DNA from: an uncultured Actinomycetes bacterium
Lineage (GTDB): Bacteria > Actinomycetota > Acidimicrobiia > IMCC26256 > PALSA-610
DNA: 64,000 nucleotides
Direction of reading: 5' to 3'
Assembly: GCA_963836365.1 (NCBI GenBank)
Contig: CAWIJC010000002.1
Coordinates: forward strand, 617,058-681,057
This document shows positions 61,453 to 64,000 of this stretch, piece after piece. Both the position numbers and the translations under genes were made by a program. The notes beneath the pieces were generated by a model. It saw only the letters and a program-made list of their open reading frames with translations, was not told the origin of the DNA and did no database searches. Each line of letters begins with the position of its first letter. Position 1 is the stretch's first letter.

Positions 61453-62614
61453 ATGCAGGGATCGATACGGCAGCGCGGACAACAGTCGTGGGAGCTGCGC
61501 GTCCACGCCGGCCGCGACGCGCTGACGGGTCGCAAGACGTACGTGCAACGAACCGTGCGCGGCACGAAGCGCGACGCGGCGAACGCACTGGCGCGGCTCG
61601 TCACATCGGTGAACGACGGCGCGCACTCGACGAAGAAGAGCGGCACCGTCGGCGAACTGCTCGAGCAGTGGTTCAGCCACAACGAGGCCGACTGGTCCCC
61701 CACCGTCGTTCACAACTACCGGCGGATCATCGACCGGCACCTTGTTCCGCGCTTCGGTCGCACGCCGCTGCGGCGGTTGACAACGGCCGACATCGATCGG
61801 TTCTACGCGCAGCTGCGCAAGCGCGGTGGTGCCAATGGTCGGCCCTTGTCGCCCGCGTCGGTGAAGCGCGTGCACGCGGTGTTGCGGCGCGCGCTCGCGC
61901 AAGCCGTCAAGTGGGGTGACCTGACGATCAATCCCGCGGTGAACGCGTCGCCGCCCGCGCGAACCGCGCCACGAGGTGGCCCCGCCCGATCCCGCCGATG
62001 TGGCGCGCTTGATCGCGCACGCCGATGAGACCAATGCACCGGTCGGCTGCTTCCTTCGGCTTGCTGCGACATCTGGCGCGCGTCGCGGTGAGCTGTGCGC
62101 GTTGCGCTGGAAGCACGTCGATCTCGACAAGGGCGCGCTCCTCATCCAGCGATCGATCGTCGAGAACGGAAAGGGTGAACTGGTCGAGAAGGACACGAAG
62201 ACGCACGCCGCGCGCCGGCTTCGCCTCGACGCGGGAACAGTCGAGCGCTTGCGAGAGCACCGCGCCGAGCGCGAGGGTACGGCACCGAGCTCCGCCGGAT
62301 CGTGCACGCCGACGACTTCGTGTTCTCGCACGATCCCGCCGGCACGGACGCCCTGGCGTCCGGGATACGTCACGCTCGCGTTCTGCCGACTGCGCGATGA
62401 CGTCGATCTCGGCGGAGTTCGGCTCCACGATCTCCGTCACTTCGCCGCGACGATTCTTCTCTCCGGCGGCAAAGACGTGAAGACGGTGAGCGGCCGCCTC
62501 GGCCACGCGAACGCGGCGACGACCCTCGGCGTGTACGCCCACTTCGTCGAAGCAGCCGACGCCGACGCAGCCGACCACCTCGCATCAATTCTCGACACTG
62601 CCAGCTCGTCATGA
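61453..62614 (+). pseudogene. tyrosine-type site-specific recombinase (phage integrase); two frame changes (about 61975, about 62290)
   Basis: N-terminal SAM-like MQGSIRQRGQQSWELRVHAGRDALTGRKTYVQRTVRGTKRDAANALARL. Catalytic R (ATSGARRGELCALRW), HxxR (LHDLRHFAAT) and Y (LGVYAHF) lie in shifted frames. Confidence 0.7.
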
Positions 62615-62734
62615 CACACGTCCGCCGAGCCGCTACGCGACAGACTGCAGCATCACTTCAGATCGCGCGAGCGACCGGGGTAAGCGTCACACCCTCTTCG
62701 TACGATGAAGCGCCTATAGACCGGGAGAGCGACC

Positions 62735-63487
62735 ATGGGTGACCACAGCGCGATCGAGTGGACTGAAGCAACCTGGAACCCAACAACGGGCTGCGATAAG
62801 ACGTCGCCCGGGTGCGACAACTGCTACGCGCTTACCCTCGCCAAAGCGACTCAAGGCGATGCGTCAACCAAAGTACCAGCGCGACGGTGATTCCCGGACA
62901 AGCGGGCCCGGCTTCGCCTTGAGTATCCATCCCGACACGCTCGACATCCCGCGATCGTGGAACGCACCGCGCGTGATCTTCGTGAACTCCATGAGCGACT
63001 TGTTTCACCCGAGCGTTCCACTTGGCTACATCCGCGATGTCTTCGACGTCATCGAGGACACGCCTCAACACACCTACCAAGTGCTCACCAAACGTTCGAA
63101 GCGGCTCGCGGAGCTCTCTGATCGGCTTCGCTGGCCCGCCAACCTATGGATGGGCGTCAGCGTCGAAAGCATGCGGTACTCGTTCCGAATCGACCACCTT
63201 CGCGACGTAGATCCTGCAGTGCGTTTCGTCAGCGCCGAGCCTCTGCTTGCCCCGCTACCGACGCTCGACCTCACCGGTATCCATTGGCTGATCGCCGGTG
63301 GCGAGAGCGGTCCCAACGCTCGACCTATGGATCGGCTCGTGGGTGGCGAGCCTACGCGACCAATGCGAGCGCTGCCGGCGTTCCCTTCTTCTTCAAGCAG
63401 TGGGGTGGACGCACGCCAAAGGCCGGCGGCCGAGAACTCGACGGCCAACTCCACGACGGGATGCCGCTCGTCCTCGCGATCGCGTGA
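62735..63487 (+). CDS. DUF5131 (phage Gp37/Gp68 family) protein with three-Cys motif; two frameshifts
   Basis: [32 protein letters not shown] (C-x5-C-x2-C), then [69 protein letters not shown] and [10 protein letters not shown]. Confidence 0.7.
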
Positions 63488-63488
63488 T

Positions 63489-64000
63489 GTGACCCGCTAC
63501 TGGGGCTTCTGGACCCGCGGCAAGCTCGAGTTGTTGCGCCGATACCTCGATGCCTTCACGACGACGACCAAGAACAAGGCAACCGAACGGCTCTACCTCG
63601 ACATCTTCGGCGGCCAACCCGAGAACCGCGATCGCCTCACCTACGATCTGCTCGACGGTTCGGCGCGGATCGCGCTGTCGATCGACGATCCGCCGTTCAC
63701 ACGGCTCCGATTCCTGGAGCTCGATCCCTACGCAACACGGCTCAGAACCGCTCTGGAGCAGGACTTCTCCGGTCGAGACTTTGAAGTGATCGCCGGCGAT
63801 TGCAACACGACGATTCACACGACGCTGCAGGAGCTCGCGCATCTCAGCTGGGCACCGACGTTCGCGTTCGTCGATCCGAACGGCCCCGACACTCATTGGT
63901 CCAGCATCGAGGCACTCGCGAACTTCAAACGCAAGGACCGACCGAAGGCAGAGAGTCTGGCTTCTACTCGCCGCGGGAATGTTCATCCGGATGCTCCCGA
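63489..64000 (+). CDS. three-Cys-motif partner protein TcmP (TIGR04474-like), 5-prime partial at window end
   Basis: GTG immediately after the DUF5131 stop. VTRYWGFWTRGKLELLRRYLDAFTTTTKNKATERLYLDIFGGQPEN...FVDPNGPDTHW. Confidence 0.55.
   Translation, partial: MTRYWGFWTRGKLELLRRYLDAFTTTTKNKATERLYLDIFGGQPENRDRLTYDLLDGSARIALSIDDPPFTRLRFLELDPYATRLRTALEQDFSGRDFEVIAGDCNTTIHTTLQELAHLSWAPTFAFVDPNGPDTHWSSIEALANFKRKDRPKAESLASTRRGNVHPDAP

Larger units (their letters stand above)
61276..64000 (+). mobile_element. integrated element inserted at the 3-prime end of tRNA-Arg (left end only; continues past window): tyrosine integrase, DUF5131 (Gp37/Gp68), TcmP
   Basis: tRNA immediately followed by an integrase, and a phage-associated gene pair downstream. 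Confidence 0.6.

Overview
This is a high-GC (about 70%) actinobacterial chromosomal segment. The placement rests on a mycothiol-dependent isomerase-family gene (MDMPI), a ZAS-type anti-sigma factor, a DUF4031 protein and a cluster of sterol/lipid-side-chain-type catabolic genes. It holds about 65 genes.

Main contents, in order:
- Two duplicated lipid-catabolic modules: SCP-x-type thiolase (Ltp) with DUF35 OB-fold partners, three PF04909 amidohydrolases, three FadD-like CoA ligases, a PaaK-like ligase, enoyl-CoA hydratase, MaoC dehydratase, SDRs, two P450s and a D-aminoacylase. TetR regulators and palindromic operator candidates are interspersed.
- A secreted Asn/Gly/Ser-rich repeat protein next to a 721-aa LPXTG (LPFTG) sortase-anchored paralog. 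The two genes are separated by a perfect-hairpin terminator, and a second one follows the LPXTG gene.
- A second, non-origin type IIA topoisomerase pair (GyrB/ParE-like plus GyrA/ParC-like with no GyrA-box). It lies directly downstream of a PAS-GGDEF-(degenerate EAL) gene.
- An SDR / P450 / SnoaL-like / EncFtn / family-1 encapsulin operon. The encapsulated-ferritin (EncFtn) ORF reads straight into the shell gene with no stop codon.
- A frameshifted Dam-family adenine methyltransferase.
- Four consecutive ABC half-transporter exporters under a TetR with an operator palindrome.
- A decayed sulfatase plus transposase-fragment scar.
- A tRNA-Arg(CCT) followed by a tyrosine integrase that opens a mobile element. 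The element carries a DUF5131 (Gp37/Gp68, three-Cys) and TcmP gene pair and runs off the window end.

About 20 genes show internal reading-frame changes. This is either sequencing indel error or gene decay, so all boundaries of those genes are approximate.

The strongest novelty candidates are the apparent EncFtn-encapsulin natural fusion operon with a P450/SnoaL module, the LPXTG repeat-protein pair, and the tRNA-linked DUF5131-TcmP island.
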